A DNA stretch of 63,860 bases, filler included, from Octopus bimaculoides (taxonomy: Eukaryota): assembly GCF_001194135.2 (NCBI RefSeq). It is 4 parts of 4 records of this genome, joined end to end, with 100 filler letters (N's around TTAATTAATTAA, not from the genome) between each part and the next. Parts side by side here need not be neighbours in the genome. Positions count along the whole stretch, not along the records: positions 31,519 to 54,485 come from NC_068985.1; 3 more parts are not named here. One strand, 5' to 3'. Every line of letters begins with the position of its first letter. The first letter of the stretch is position 1. The notes beneath the pieces were generated by a model. It made no database searches and was not told the origin of the DNA. It saw only the letters and a program-made list of their open reading frames with translations. The position numbers were made by a program, and so were the translations under genes. Below are positions 37,585 to 51,684 of this stretch, in pieces.

Positions 37585-39179
37585 TCATAGAGTAAGAGAT
37601 AGATAGTGAATGGATGGTGTGTAGTTTAGGTAAACTAGGTATTAGTTCAGCAGCAGAACTTTGATAAAACATTGATAAAGCTTTATCAGACAGTCACGTC
37701 TTTTTTCTTGGAATTTATAGTTCGATGGTAACATCTGCTTTCAACACATAAATCCATATAGACGTTCATACATACATATATGCGTACATACATACATGCA
37801 AATATACATACAAACATACAAACTTATATACATACGTGTGGTGGGGGTGTATGTGTAAGCACACATCTAAGTATCTGAGTACGTAAGTGCGTATATGTTG
37901 ACTGAAGCACACATTTAACATGTCACCACAAAGCTGATGATGACATCCTATGATACCTATTACTAATGATGATGAGAGACGAAAGAGTAAAGAAGAAAAG
38001 GGGAAAAAAGTAGTGTGAAGAAGAAGAAGAAGAAGAAGAAGAAGAAGAAGAAGAAGAAAATGATAGTTTATATATTTTTCTAAAGTACTAACACACACAG
38101 AAGTGGAGAATGTCATAGATGACCGAACACCTCTTACCAGGTGTAAGATAATGAGGGATTCTGCAAGAAATAGCAACTTAATTTCCATATTGTCTAAATA
38201 AATAGAAGGATATATTGAATCAGTGGTTCTCAAAGTAACAAATACCAGTCCTTTCCCTCAAATATAAATTTAGTGCATTTTTCTCCATATCTCTATATTA
38301 ATTTTTTTCTGATTAGACACACAACCAGCAATTTTTGGAGGAGGGGATCAATCGATAGCACCGATCCTAGTATTTGATTGGTACTTTATTTAATCGACCC
38401 CGAAGAAATGAATTCAAAGGTGACTTCGAAGAGATTTAAACATTAAAACGTAAATATCTAGAACAAATATCGCAGGGTATTTTGTCCGACGCTCTAACGA
38501 TTCTGCCAGCCCACTACTTCTTTATTAATAGGAACCTCTTTATTAATAGGAACACAAAATAGAATAATCATCTACATAATTCTTTTTTCCCATGGTGATA
38601 GAGAAGTCTAAAACCATCTTAATTCCATTATATATGACCATTTATCTGCATCCTTTTTAATTCTAAAATTCACTTCAAGAGAAGAGATGGCTATAGCTAT
38701 ATTGCCTTCGAATTTGTGCTCGATCAGAGCTGAACCAATACAAAATAATGCCAAAAATACTAGATGAGGATACATATTTGTTTTATGTTGTCAATGGAAT
38801 TAGTCAAATAATTATCAACCAGATTATAATTTTGAACTCAGATACCTTGGATAAGAAACTATATAGCATACAGTATTTACATTGCCAATATACCTTTCAC
38901 GCCATTTTCTATATCTATTTATTGATTTACAACATAGGTACAAGGTTAAAGTTTTGTAGATGGATACGGTGAATTAATCCGATTACAATACTTTTATCGA
39001 TCCCAAAAACATGAAAATCAAAGTCTATTTCGAAGAGATTACCCCAAGATATTAATTCCGGTACTCTATCTTTATAGTTACATAGATTATACACTCTGTA
39101 TGATCTGTAATATTATTCTGCTTGTCAAAATATGTGCCCAAATATTACGTGTCCAAATATACACTTTCAAAGGGAAATA

Positions 39180-40300
39180 ACATCATTCAGACTTTTATCT
39201 TTCGATTCTTATTTGTTCTAGTCGGACGAACAAAGAATAAGAGATGCGACCACACCTGATAGGAAGCAACAATTCCTGAGAAATACTCTGCAGGTGCCGC
39301 AGCATTAGAGCACACTTGTACATAATTAACAATGGCATACCGAACACTCTGCACAGAGAGTTTTGACAGCAGATGGACTCTCTGACCAATGGAATACGTT
39401 CCTTCCATAAGAAACAGAGGAGCAGATATTCCATTTTGGTCAGATAGAAACTGGATCAAGGTACGACAATGGGTGGTAATAGAACGCAGAGGTGGTATCG
39501 GTATTTGCCACTTCTCTCCGATTTCTCAGAAACTGCTGGTTCCTATCAGCTTATTTCTGGATGAAACTGAGTACCTTGCCTGTAAGCTCGTACCAATTCC
39601 AGCCACTTGTTTGACTGGTCCAAATAAGCCACCAAACATCATAACAGATCCACAGTCCAACAATATCGCTTACCCGATTAGGCTTACCTGACCATGTGCC
39701 GAGCAGCAAGCCAGCCGACTTGCCCTGCTTAATGCGTACTATTAGTGCCACCTCATATTTATTCAATACGGTACTGACTGCATTGTCTTCCATGTTTCTG
39801 ACATTATCCTTGTATGCCGACATGGCGTTCTCGGACACCAGTCCGAGCAGGATACATCTCAATACCTCTACTTCCATGCCAATTGCTCAAGCACTAAAGC
39901 GTATGGGAGCAATGAGAAAGAATCACTTTTAACGGACTGAGCGTGTGATTCGAAACTGTTATGAGATGTTGCTGTACATTGAAGCGATCCGACCACTGAA
40001 AATGGGACCGACTGCTCTTAAAACCTTTGCCAAGTACTAAAAGTCGATCATTTTGAAGGTTTGGAGCTGATTCAAACAGATCAGATTCATACAGAAACCA
40101 AATGTATAAACAACCCCTGTCAACGATGTATCGCATGAGGTGGAGATTGTTGTATAGAGATCTGTCGAGAAACTTGCAGGTCTGCAAACTCTCGACTACA
40201 CTACCTATTACAGGCACTAAGCTCTTTGCAAACACTTTGATCAAACTCCTAGAGTTTACGTTCAGGAAAGTTACGGGACAGGAAATTTTCGATGATGAAA
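39180..40300 (-). mobile_element. Tx1/L1-clade non-LTR retrotransposon RT region, decayed
   Basis: KVFAKSLVPVIGSVVESLQTCKFLDRSLYNNLHLMRYIVD; further broken frames downstream. Confidence 0.75.
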
Positions 40301-40984
40301 GCGTTCTTCCTTTCCAGCACTATGACTTTCAGCTAATTCAGCTTCTAATGACCCTAGTTTGCTGCTGCTGCTGCTTCAGGAAAGTGGAAAAGGTTTAAGT
40401 AGATTGACAAGCCGCATTGTCGGCACTAGCTTCAATTATATAATGAAGAATGTAAAACAGCTGCAATAAGAGCAGCACAGTTAAAACGATAAGCGAACCT
40501 TCATCTTGTACTATTGATTTTAATTCTTCTGGCAGAGAAACATTTCCTACAGAAGATACGCGTCCTGTCCAGACCAAGATTTATCACATTTCTAGGCACA
40601 ACAGACACTGAAAATAAACGCCACTCCAGTGGATCGTAGTGGTCAAAGGAAATATAAACTTGCTCTTAATATACACCTTTATTCAAAGTGGCAGGCTAAA
40701 TTTGCTGTATAACTCAGTGTCATCATCGCATTAAACAACGGTTAAGCTTGTGTTTGCGAATTTAATTCCGATAGTATAAAACGGCTAACTCAAAATAATT
40801 ATGCGGTGAGAAAACATAATTATCATTAATCAGGCTTTAATTATTTCGGTAAACACGGAAGACAACTTTGCGAATATTTCAGCCTTGTTATGACCTCTTC
40901 AGCAAAGCACAACAGATTTCATCTTAAACGATGAAGTTGCGAGATGAAAATAAAATTGTTTAAGGAATAAATAATCTTTTCTAC

Positions 40985-41170
40985 TCTAGGCACAAGGCTC
41001 GAAATATTTGGGGAGGGGGCCAGTACGCAACTGGTACTTAATTTAGCGACCTCGAAAGGATGAAGGGCAAAGTCGACCTCGGCGGAAATTTTAATTCAGA
41101 ATGTAAAGATAGACGAAATACCGCTAAGCATTTCGCCCAACGTGCTAACGATTCTGCTAGCTCGCCGCCT
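40985..41170 (-). mobile_element. Meta-like SINE
   Basis: gatgaagggcaaagtcgacctcggcggaaat...gctaacgattctgctagctcgccgcc; more decayed copies at about 34740, 35600, 38330, 38940, 59085 and 61420. Confidence 0.8.
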
Positions 41171-41859
41171 TGTTTAGCGAATAATGAAGCCGAAATAGTT
41201 AAATTTTTATTAGTTATGTTTTTTTTTTTTTTTTTTTTTTNNNNNNNNNNNNNNNNNNNNNNNNNNNNNNNNNNNNNNNNNNNNNNNNNNNNNNNNNNNN
41301 NNNNNNNNNNNNNNNNNNNNNNNNNNNNNNNNNNNNNNNNNNNNNNNNNNNNNNNNNNNNNNNNNNNNNNNNNNNNNNNNNNNNNNNNNNNNNNNNNNNN
41401 NNNNNNNNNNNNNNNNNNNNNNNNNNNNNNNNNNNNNNNNNNNNNNNNNNNNNNNNNNNNNNNNNNNNNNNNNNNNNNNNNNNNNNNNNNNNNNNNNNNN
41501 NNNNNNNNNNNNNNNNNNNNNNNNNNNNNNNNNNNNNNNNNNNNNNNNNNNNNNNNNNNNNNNNNNNNNNNNNNNNNNNNNNNNNNNNNNNNNNNNNNNN
41601 NNNNNNNNNNNNNNNNNNNNNNNNNNNNNNNNNNNNNNNNNNNNNNNNNNNNNNNNNNNNNNNNNNNNNNNNNNNNNNNNNNNNNNNNNNNNNNNNNNNN
41701 NNNNNNNNNNNNNNNNNNNNNNNNNNNNNNNNNNNNNNNNNNNNNNNNNNNNNNNNNNNNNNNNNNNNNNNNNNNNNNNNNNNNNNNNNNNNNNNNNNNN
41801 NNNNNNNNNNNNNNNNNNNNNNNNNNNNNNNNNNNNNNNNNNNNNNNNNNNNNNNNCCC

Positions 41860-42165
41860 TTCAGTCATGAATAATCATGGGATTGCACCTAAAGAGTTCC
41901 CCTCCGAGCCACAAGTCCGAGCAAGGCTGTTTGTGGAAGACCAGCATACCGGCCACTCGTCACCCCCGATGTTATCCAAGGGAAAAGGCTGATACAGCTT
42001 GGCGCCAGTGACGTCGCAACTCATTTCTACAGCTGAGTGAACTGGAGCAACGTGAAATAAAGTGGTTTACTCAAGAGCACAACACACAGCTCGGTCCAGG
42101 AATTGAACTCACTATCTCATGATTGTGAACCCGACGGTCTAACCACTGAGCCACGTGTCTTCACT
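41860..42165 (-). mobile_element. tRNA-derived SINE (family of 5540-5770)
   Basis: cagctgagtgaactggagcaacgtgaaataaagtgg...ctaaccactgagccacg. Confidence 0.7.
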
Positions 42166-43283
42166 AACGTGATCCGAGATATATCGTCTAGAAATATGAT
42201 GGGATACTCATGGCTTTGACTGAGCTGGATTAGAGGCTAAGTAACACGTTATTTACATCGCATTTAAATATAATACTTATATTCATATTGGTTCCTTAAG
42301 TAAGTGCCAAGCCACAAATTTAGAGAGATGAATGTTATCGATTTATGTGGTGGTTTTCTATGCAGCCGGTTACCCTGTCAGTAATGGCATCCAAATTTTC
42401 GAGTCACATAGTTTCAAGGATTAAGAAACAATAGTTGTTTCCCTTGTCTTGCGAGTTACCTTCCCTGCATCAGAATTTTCGTAACTATTGATAAAAAAGA
42501 ATTTAAAATTCCTACATATGTTTGACTTCATCAGAGATATATCTTGTTGCTTGAATAACTAATATCCTTTCTCTTCGTATCAGCATGCCTACTACTATTT
42601 CTATGAAAGAACAGTTTGAGGTGACACTATCCTATGAGAAAACATGGACACAGTACAGCACACGATACAGTCACACAGCAATTATATAAACGTCCATCCT
42701 ACTGTAATCTAAAGCATGACGTTTATTGTTGCTGCTGTTTAGAACCAGGCCGGGACTGATTCAGCAGACTAATGATCAAAAACATTCCAGTCGTGACCAT
42801 CCTATTTTATATATCAAGGGTTATATATGCTAATAGGCGTTTTCATATTCTAAACGCGATAAAAGGTAATTTAAGGAAACTTTGATTGCAGACTTATGAT
42901 CAAAGGAATTCAAACTACAACTCCATCTACTTTGGGAAGTTTCAGGCTTTTTCTTTTTCTTTTTTCTTTTTTTTTTTTTCTTTTTTCAAATAATTATATA
43001 CCCCGGGTGAAGCTTGATCGTGCAGGCGAATAGTCAAAGGCATTCCAACCGTGACAATCCCGTCTTTTTTAAGAGCATGTTGAACTACGTTACCAAATGA
43101 GCTCTTTCCTTATTTAAGAAGGCAGGGTTTAATCTGATGGAGATTTTTGACTACTGCTTCCAGCAGGTCGAGGAGTGCTTCCCAGCCAGGATTCTGTAAG
43201 AAATAGTAATGTGAATGTGTGTGCGTGTGTGTGTGTGTGTGTGTTGCCACTCTGAGTTTTGCACTATGGGCACACAGTCTCAA

Positions 43284-43318
<35 letters not shown>

Positions 43319-43799
43319 NNNNNNNNNNNNNNNNNNNNNNNNNNNNNNNNNNNNNNNNNNNNNNNNNNNNNNNNNNNNNNNNNNNNNNNNNNNNNNNNNN
43401 NNNNNNNNNNNNNNNNNNNNNNNNNNNNNNNNNNNNNNNNNNNNNNNNNNNNNNNNNNNNNNNNNNNNNNNNNNNNNNNNNNNNNNNNNNNNNNNNNNNN
43501 NNNNNNNNNNNNNNNNNNNNNNNNNNNNNNNNNNNNNNNNNNNNNNNNNNNNNNNNNNNNNNNNNNNNNNNNNNNNNNNNNNNNNNNNNNNNNNNNNNNN
43601 NNNNNNNNNNNNNNNNNNNNNNNNNNNNNNNNNNNNNNNNNNNNNNNNNNNNNNNNNNNNNNNNNNNNNNNNNNNNNNNNNNNNNNNNNNNNNNNNNNNN
43701 NNNNNNNNNNNNNNNNNNNNNNNNNNNNNNNNNNNNNNNNNNNNNNNNNNNNNNNNNNNNNNNNNNNNNNNNNNNNNNNNNNNNNNNNNNNNNNNNNNN

Positions 43800-43833
<34 letters not shown>

Positions 43834-46800
43834 TACGTTCGTACGTACATATGTATGTATGTGGGTGGGTGTAGGCCTTTGTGCGTATAAACACCGGGTT
43901 TCTACATCTGTTTAACCGCAAATCAACCATGAATGAGCAGACTTATGATTAAAGGCATTCTAGCCGTGACCATTCTGTCGTTTTGTATACCAAGAACTAT
44001 AATTTCTGATGAGTCCTTCTTTCTTTTTCTCATGCTATAGAACGTGAAAAGCTGTATGGCAGCTGTGCCAGTAATTTGTGAGTTTATCTTTTATTTGATT
44101 CAGTCATTAGACTGTCTCTATGCTGGAGCACAACATTCTCTTTTCTTTTTTCAAAGCCCGGTACTTATTCTATCAGTCTCTGTTACCGAACTGCCCTGCT
44201 TTACTTTTCTTCAGAAACGTTTTCAGAAAAAACATTTATTATTCAATTTGCTCATTTAGAAAACTGTTCGTATATGGATGCCCTCATTGTAACATAACAC
44301 TGCAAAAAGGACTAAGACTGGAGGTAGGTGTATACTCAGAGATACTCTCTACATGAAAACCAAATGGTAAAGTCATTTCTTCTGCTGCTCTACTAATACT
44401 GCCGTGCAAGACAATAATGGTAGCTCAGACACACATACTGAGTAGTTCCTCCATTAACTCAACGACCTATTCATTGAATTAACGTTCAAAGTGACTGAGT
44501 ATTCCACAGACACGTGTACCTGTGGGGCATCTGAACAGCATTATATGCCTCTGGGCAAAGCAATGCACTGAGGCCTACATGTACTACAACGTACATAGAT
44601 TAGCATTGGGCCACGAAACACGTGGGGCTCCCGGGTAACTTTTCAGTGTGATAATGCCTTAAGATGACTCAGCTTGTATCCTTAGGGTAATTCTCGAGCA
44701 GAATAGTGTGTTAATATGTGATAAGGCTGGGTCTTTGGATTATCCGTTGGGTTTCTAAGCACATTCCGTCAACCCAATTCCCACACATGGCTTAGATCAG
44801 CAATAGGCTACATAACAAAGACACTTACACAAGGTGCCACACAATGGAAGTGTACTCAGGACCTCATGGTTGCAAAGCAAACTTCTTAACTATTCAGTTA
44901 TGCCTGTGCTCATACACACAAGCACACATTTCATGTATTTTCTCAAAGAACCAACAATAGAGCTTCAACATCGTTATTCGATCTGCTAAAAACAGCAGCT
45001 AAATTTTCCTTAATTCAAATCCCAACCCTCTTAAATAAAAAAAACAGGACACACTGTATAATGTTGTCTGAGATGTACCTATAAAGAGAGGGAATACCCC
45101 TGATCATGGTCTACCCAAGGTTGAACAATCAGCTTTGATGGTGAACTTATTACTTGTATTTCAGCAGAAATGCATTACAATGTTTTTTAGGTGATACATG
45201 ATGAACTTAGAAGAAATGTCTCCTTGTTGTATCAGGTTCTGAAATGCTTATATATTTTATTTATAAGCATTTACCTAAAACTAAAACACATCTAACATTC
45301 TATAAATATTATTATTGAAGAAATTTAAATTTCAACATGCTAGTTTATAAAAGGTTAGCCATCAGAAAGTGTTAACTCGCTGAGGAAAGGAGACAGCAGG
45401 AGATATTTTCAGAGGAAGAACTCCTGTCAGGCGTTTCTTGACTGAGCTCAACTAGATCATGACTCCTAGATGTTCCTCTGCTGTTTTTAAAATGCCTTTA
45501 GTAAGGATTAAACTTGGAACTTCTGGGTAATCTTATCTTCTCAAACTCTGGTGTATATCATTCAGCCACGACAAGAACTTGAACTGTGAATCTATTTCAA
45601 ACTGGATTGCCTCCCTACTATGTTTAGTGGCTTCTAGTATTCCTTTTCAACTCCAGCTGTCACGTCTCTTTGTCCATAACCACATCGAGCTCATCTCGGC
45701 CGTCTCTGACAGGCACTTAAGTCATCACTGTTCTCTTGTGAACTTTGATTGCAGGCTGGCCTAGTAGTTGGCACATGGAGACTGCAATAATCCTGGTGCA
45801 TCAACAAGTGGAATTTCAACAAACTTAATTGGAAACTAACGTTTTGAGAAAGCCTGTAGTTACGGTTGTCATGAAATCACTCAATGTTGATACAATGCAA
45901 TGAGAGAACATCATAAATCCAAGTACCAACTATAAGTACGAAATCAGAGGAAAATTCAGGGAGAGAAGAATAAAGAAACTTTGGAGAGCGTGAGTCTGAG
46001 TGAAAAGAAAAACCTATACCATTTTATTTATCTCACATTTTGGTGAACAATAGTATTGCTGAGCCAATAACTGGATCACTGAACATTCTATTTCTGGTTA
46101 TGAGGATGAAAAAGTATTGTCTGCGCAATTTGGACAGAACAAATATCATATGAAGTCCTTTTTTTTTCCGAATACTGTTTTTTTTCAGTTCTCTTGCTGA
46201 CATATATCGCTAAAACACACACACACACACACACATACATATATGCAATTTATATGCGATTTTGACAGAACAAATATATGCGATTTTGACAGAACAAATA
46301 TACAGGGGATTTATTTTTATTCGTAAACTCTTTTAGGGAATTTTTTTTTTAAATTCATAAACTCTTTCTTTTAGGGAGATTTTTTTTCAGTTCTCTTGCT
46401 AACATATCTTTTACTTGTTTCAGTTATTGGACTGCGGCCATGTGAGGGCACCACTTACGAATACTGCAACGTATTGTCCAACGTATTGTTTTCACCAATC
46501 CTTTCTAATTTTTGGCTTTTTAAAACTCCTATGGGGAATTTTTGAGTACTAACAGCATAAATAATCTCAGTTCATCAAAGTGTATACCAGTAATATATGT
46601 ATATATTATAGTGACATAAAAGTATTACCATAATGCCAGAAAATGTAGCATTAAAGTAACAGTAGAAATTCTGATGCTGCAGCTTTTGCAACTTGTATTA
46701 TCGCTATTTAATTCTCTTCAACCAAAGTTACAAAAATAGTGAACACACAAGTCCCTATAGCGTACTGACTAAAAGAAGAGCGCTTACATATTTGTCACTG

Positions 46801-47549
46801 AGTGGAATATGCTTCGCTGAAAAGATCAAATAAGACCGAAGCACGTCCGTTTTGTTTTTTTTTTTACCAGTTCCTTTTAAAGACACAATCCACATCAGTT
46901 GATATTGTCATTTTACTAAAAAAATTAATTAGGCAAATCGTGGAGTTATCTCCCCTGTCTCTTGCTTTTTAGATTGTAAACCCTTATAAGATTATCTTCT
47001 AATTGTCGAGATAATCTCAGTTAATCGAAGTTTCTCTACTCACTATATGTCAGGCACTGCCACATACCTACTTAGCATGTAGTAAATTTCATTGCTATGT
47101 TTCATCTCCTTCATCTTCTTAATATTCATAATTAGCTTGGCCACATTCCTTACCAACTAAAAGAATATGCTACCAAAGAAGCATAATAAAAGCCAAAACA
47201 TATCCCATCTCTATCACCTGTATTTCCCAGAAAATTCCATTACATTTATGTCCCTTCCTCGTCTTTATTTTGTTTTTTTTTGGGGGGGGGGGTTCTTTTA
47301 AAGGCTGTCATATGACGTTTATGTTGACTAATTGCAAAAATAATCTCAGTTAAAGTTAACTCACAATTTATGAGAAATCCTTCAGTGTGTGCATTTAGTG
47401 TGCAGAAAGCTCCTCTAAGGTACTAATTATTGAGAGGACGTTGGTGTTGCCTTGGCAGAGGTTTACACTCTGAGTGCTCTTGTTAGTATTGAATTATATA
47501 TTATATATTATATATTTTGCCAGCAGAAATATATATATTTCTGCCAGCT

Positions 47550-47775
47550 CTCCGCTGGCAGAAACGTTACCACGTCAGGCGAAATGCTTAACGGTATTTC
47601 GTCTGTCTTTACGTTCTGAGTTCAAATTCCACCGAGGTCGATTCAGCCTTTCATCCTTTTTGCGTCGATAAATTAAGTACCAGTTACGCACTGAGGTTGA
47701 TGTAATCGATTTAAACCCTTTGTCTGTCCTTGTTTGTCCCTTCTATGTTTAGCCCCTTGTGAGCAATAAAGAAAT
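47550..47775 (+). mobile_element. Meta-like SINE, near full length
   Basis: gctggcagaaacgttacc...gagttcaaattccaccgaggtcgattcagcctttcatcc...agcaataaagaaata. Confidence 0.8.
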
Positions 47776-48740
47776 AATATATATATATATATATATACAC
47801 ATATATATATATATATATATTTGCATTCACCTCTATCTCCATCCATCTGACACTCCTTTCACATTCTTGTAAACTTAGCAAGCCATTAACCCTGTCTAAT
47901 CCTTAGAACCACTTCACTTACATTCATGGTATGCTCTGACACCTCTTTACCATCTTCCATACTTTTCTAGTTGGGATAGGCATATATCTCCTTTACTGCA
48001 AAACACCACTCCCTGTCCATCTCATCACCAGGCATAAAGCCACCTCCCTCAATACTACACCCCACTCAACTGAGGGGTCTTTGGCAATCTCACTAGCACC
48101 AGTGCAAATTCCATCTTTATTGGTAAGAGGATTTGTAGGTTATTAATACTTGAAGAATCCGACACTTGTAACCATCATCACTATTCCATATTTAAAGGCT
48201 GAGAGACACTTAACTGACACTCACTGTAAATAGGTATCATGGGTGATACATCCCAGCAAAGGGCAATACTTGTAGGATTTACACTTGTAGTATTCTGTTC
48301 ATATGGCTTGGGGAGAAGGGTGGTGTTTTTATTGGTCTCTCGTGTGTGTGAGAGAGAGAGGGAGAGAGAAGAAAAAGAGAAAAGACAAAGAAAAGAGAAC
48401 AAAAGAAAAAGAGGAAAAGCAAAGAAAAAAAAAAAGCAAAAGAAAGAAAGAAAGTGTAATAAATTTCATGTCCAAACCACAGCTTCATGCAGGAAACCAA
48501 GCAATATTGATCCCCATTAGATTTGAAACAGGCATAGGAATATTATCAAATCTTTTCAATTTCCATCATTCCTGAGACCAACATCTAATCTCAAGTGTCT
48601 CCCACTCTATACCAGAAAGTAGTTTATACAGGATTTACAAACAGGGATAATGTTATTTCACCCAAATAAACCACAACACCACTACAGTGAATGGATGTAT
48701 GCTGCAGAGTCAGCAATATTATGGCTACTGCTCCTGAACT

Positions 48741-49107
48741 AGTTACCTCTGCATTAGCAACGGCTGAGGTATTGTTTTCAGTTGCATTTGTTTGTTTGTC
48801 CATGGACAAGGTATCTCAAGAACTGCTGGATGTATTCGGATGAAACTTTCAGGGATGTTTGGCCTTGTGACTGGCATGAACTGATTAGATTTTGGGATCA
48901 ATCCAATACCGGACAAGGATTCTGGATTATTTTTCCTGTTTTTTTACATAATTTTTTAGAGCAGTCGGGTTCATTTTTGGTATTCTCGTTTGTGAGAGCA
49001 GTCAAATTTATTTCAGATACTCTCATTTTAAAATTCATCTCTGGCTAATCATTGAGAGGACATTGGTGTTGCCTTAGCAGAGGTTTATGCTCTGAGTGCT
49101 CTTGTTA
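48741..49107 (+). mobile_element. Helentron-associated (HINE/DINE-1-like) non-autonomous element
   Basis: 5' ttACCTCTGC sub-TIR, (TTTG)n microsatellite, 3' GCAGAGGT inverted partner followed by a ctc-t-gag hairpin; 3' part also at 47423-47495. Confidence 0.6.
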
Positions 49108-49279
49108 GTATTGAATTTAAATCCAAATAAGGTTGACTGGTTGACCTGCTTTACACAAGAATGACACCATGACAAGGATCTACAATTTCTATTCTCATCC
49201 TTAGCTTACATCAGATTCCTGAAAATAGTACCGTCTTCTATAAATACCTGCATAAAACTACTTTTTCTTTTTATCTTTT

Positions 49280-49512
49280 AATTCTTTCAGTCATTGGACT
49301 GTGACCATGCTGGGATACCACTTCGAAGAATTTTTAGTCGAAAGTATCAACCCCAGTACTTTATTTTATTTTCAAGCCTGGTGCTTATTCTATCAGTCTC
49401 TTTTGCTGAACTGCTAAGTTACAGGGATGTAAATACACCAACACCGCTTTAAAACAGTGGTGGGGGACAGACACACACATATACAGATACACACAAACAT
49501 ATACATAGATAC

Positions 49513-49560
<48 letters not shown>

Positions 49561-49710
49561 ATGGGCTTCTTTCAGTTTCTGTCTACCAAATCCACTTACA
49601 AGGGTTTAGTTGGCCCAAGACTATAAAAGAAGACACTTGCCCAATGTGCTACACAGTGGAAGTGAACCCTTACCACACAGCAAACTTCTTACTACACAGC
49701 CACTACTGTT
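49280..49710 (-). mobile_element. CORE-type SINE with composite tail, CpG-decayed
   Basis: Reverse complement of the 9000/57290 family. Confidence 0.75.
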
Positions 49711-51022
49711 CTAGGTTTTAGGTATATTTACACACACGGGCACACACATAAATGTTTGTTCATTCATTTTACTATCGTTTTTTTTCAATGCTAGCATAAT
49801 TTTACAGATGGATGCCCTTCCTGCCACTAACCCATTCATGTTCTTTCAGTTAAGGGACATCCTTGTTCCACACATCTTCAAAGGTGCAAACCAGATGACC
49901 AGTTAACTGGGGAAATAACATCACTGCCCTCCCTCTATCCTATATATCTATCTTTATATATATATACACACACATTTTAGTGCACAGACCTTGAGCATTC
50001 AGATTACTCTGCCAAATATAATGCTTATTTATCCACATTGTTTTGAATTAATCATGCATTATCTCATAGCTTCAATATTCCAATAACGTGATTGTTTAAT
50101 TTTTAGAATGACATTGTAGAGTAGGTGTGAAGAGACCAGATCTGGTTAGTTTGGACATAAAACTGGTAGAATATTTAGGCTGGATATGGTCAGCTCAAAT
50201 GCTAAAGGGTTAAAGTCCTCTTGCAGTCTTTCTCATTCATTTGTGCACATGTAGATGAACAAATGAAAAATTAGCAATCAACACATTTAGTTGGAGTTGT
50301 ATTTAATAAGAGGCTGACTCAGCTCTGCATCACTTACACTTCCAATAGCACAGAATGCACTCATATCTACAGATGTACAAGGTTAAAGTGAACAGAGTTC
50401 AAAAGAGATTTTTAAATATTTGGGCCTCCATTTGCCACTTCAAGATATTTGGGGACTTTGACAAAGCAGTGACAGCAATTCATCCAATTGTATGCTCCAT
50501 ATCGTAGAACGGGTAGGATAATTGATAGTCTATGAGATTTCACAGTTCAATAATAGCAGTTACCACATAGTGAGATAACTATCAAATCCTACAGGTAATT
50601 AAATTTTTTTTTTTTAATTGGGTACTGGTGCAGACTATGGAACCGAATGCAGCGCCCAGCCTTGCCAGTTCTTGTTAAGCTGTCCAACCCAACAAGGAAA
50701 ACAAGTATTAGATGTTGATCCTCATGATGATTCACTCTGACCCCACACATCTGAGGATGTGAGTGCATTCCACATCTACAAAGCATTAAGTAATGCGGAG
50801 CTAAGTCAACCTGTTATTAAATAATACAAAAGAATTATAAATTTCATATAAAGGTTGTAGGAGCTTCGACAAATTAGTAAAGTCCTTGAGTAATATCAAA
50901 CCTTTTACTCTAAGAATCATCTATACAATACATAAGGGACCCACACATGTACAGTGAAGAGCCCTGTTCAAGAGATCAAGATAAAGTGTTCAGAGGTAGA
51001 CTTGCTTTTTTTATAGATTTTT

Positions 51023-51028
51023 TTTATT
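51023..51028 (-). terminator. Candidate AATAAA poly(A) signal of KIAA2013
   Basis: AATAAA on the minus strand about 1.1 kb past the stop, at the end of an A/T-rich 3'UTR-like stretch; other candidate hexamers exist. Confidence 0.3.
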
Positions 51029-51633
51029 AAATGAATTCTTTTGTTTTAATTGAATTATATTTTATTTTCATTATTTACAGAAATCCTCATTTATCCACAT
51101 TTTTTAAAATGTTTTTTTAATTTATTTTTTTGTTTGTTTTAACTCATCCATAAAATCTTTTGTTTTTAAATTAAAAATAATTAATTAAAAAAAAAAAAAC
51201 CACAAACAAAAAGCAGAAAGAAATAAAAGATTTCTGGCAACTAATAACTCAATATATTGTTGTTTTAGGTTTTGTTTTTCAATGGAAAAAAAATTTTGTA
51301 AAACAAAAATGTGTGTGCATGTATGTGCACACACACATGTGTTTGTTTGTGTGTGTGTGTGTTGGAATATAAAAAAAAAACAATCTTACAGAGTAACGAA
51401 AACAAATGAACATTTAACCATTGCAAAAATTGTTAAATAAATCAAGTTAAGTTAGATAATCAGAGAGGAGGAAGATGAAAAAGATAGCGAGGTAGTAGTA
51501 GGAGGAGGAGGAGGAGGCGGAGGAGGAGATGCATGAAGGAAGGTCAGGTTGCTGAATAAATGAGGAAAAAGAGAGATAGAGAGGAGACAAAAAAATAACA
51601 AGAGAGGGCAAGAGAAAACATAAGGATAGATAG

Positions 51634-51684
<51 letters not shown>

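Noticed and set aside
44560-44625. CTGA-GGCC...GGCC-A-CGAAAC hammerhead-like string
   Set aside because: The CUGANGA core is incomplete and there are no supporting stems I or III.
48181-48402. Minus-strand ORF NTTLLPKPYEQNTT...LNME*
   Set aside because: No credible acceptor or homology; lies downstream of the KIAA2013 stop.
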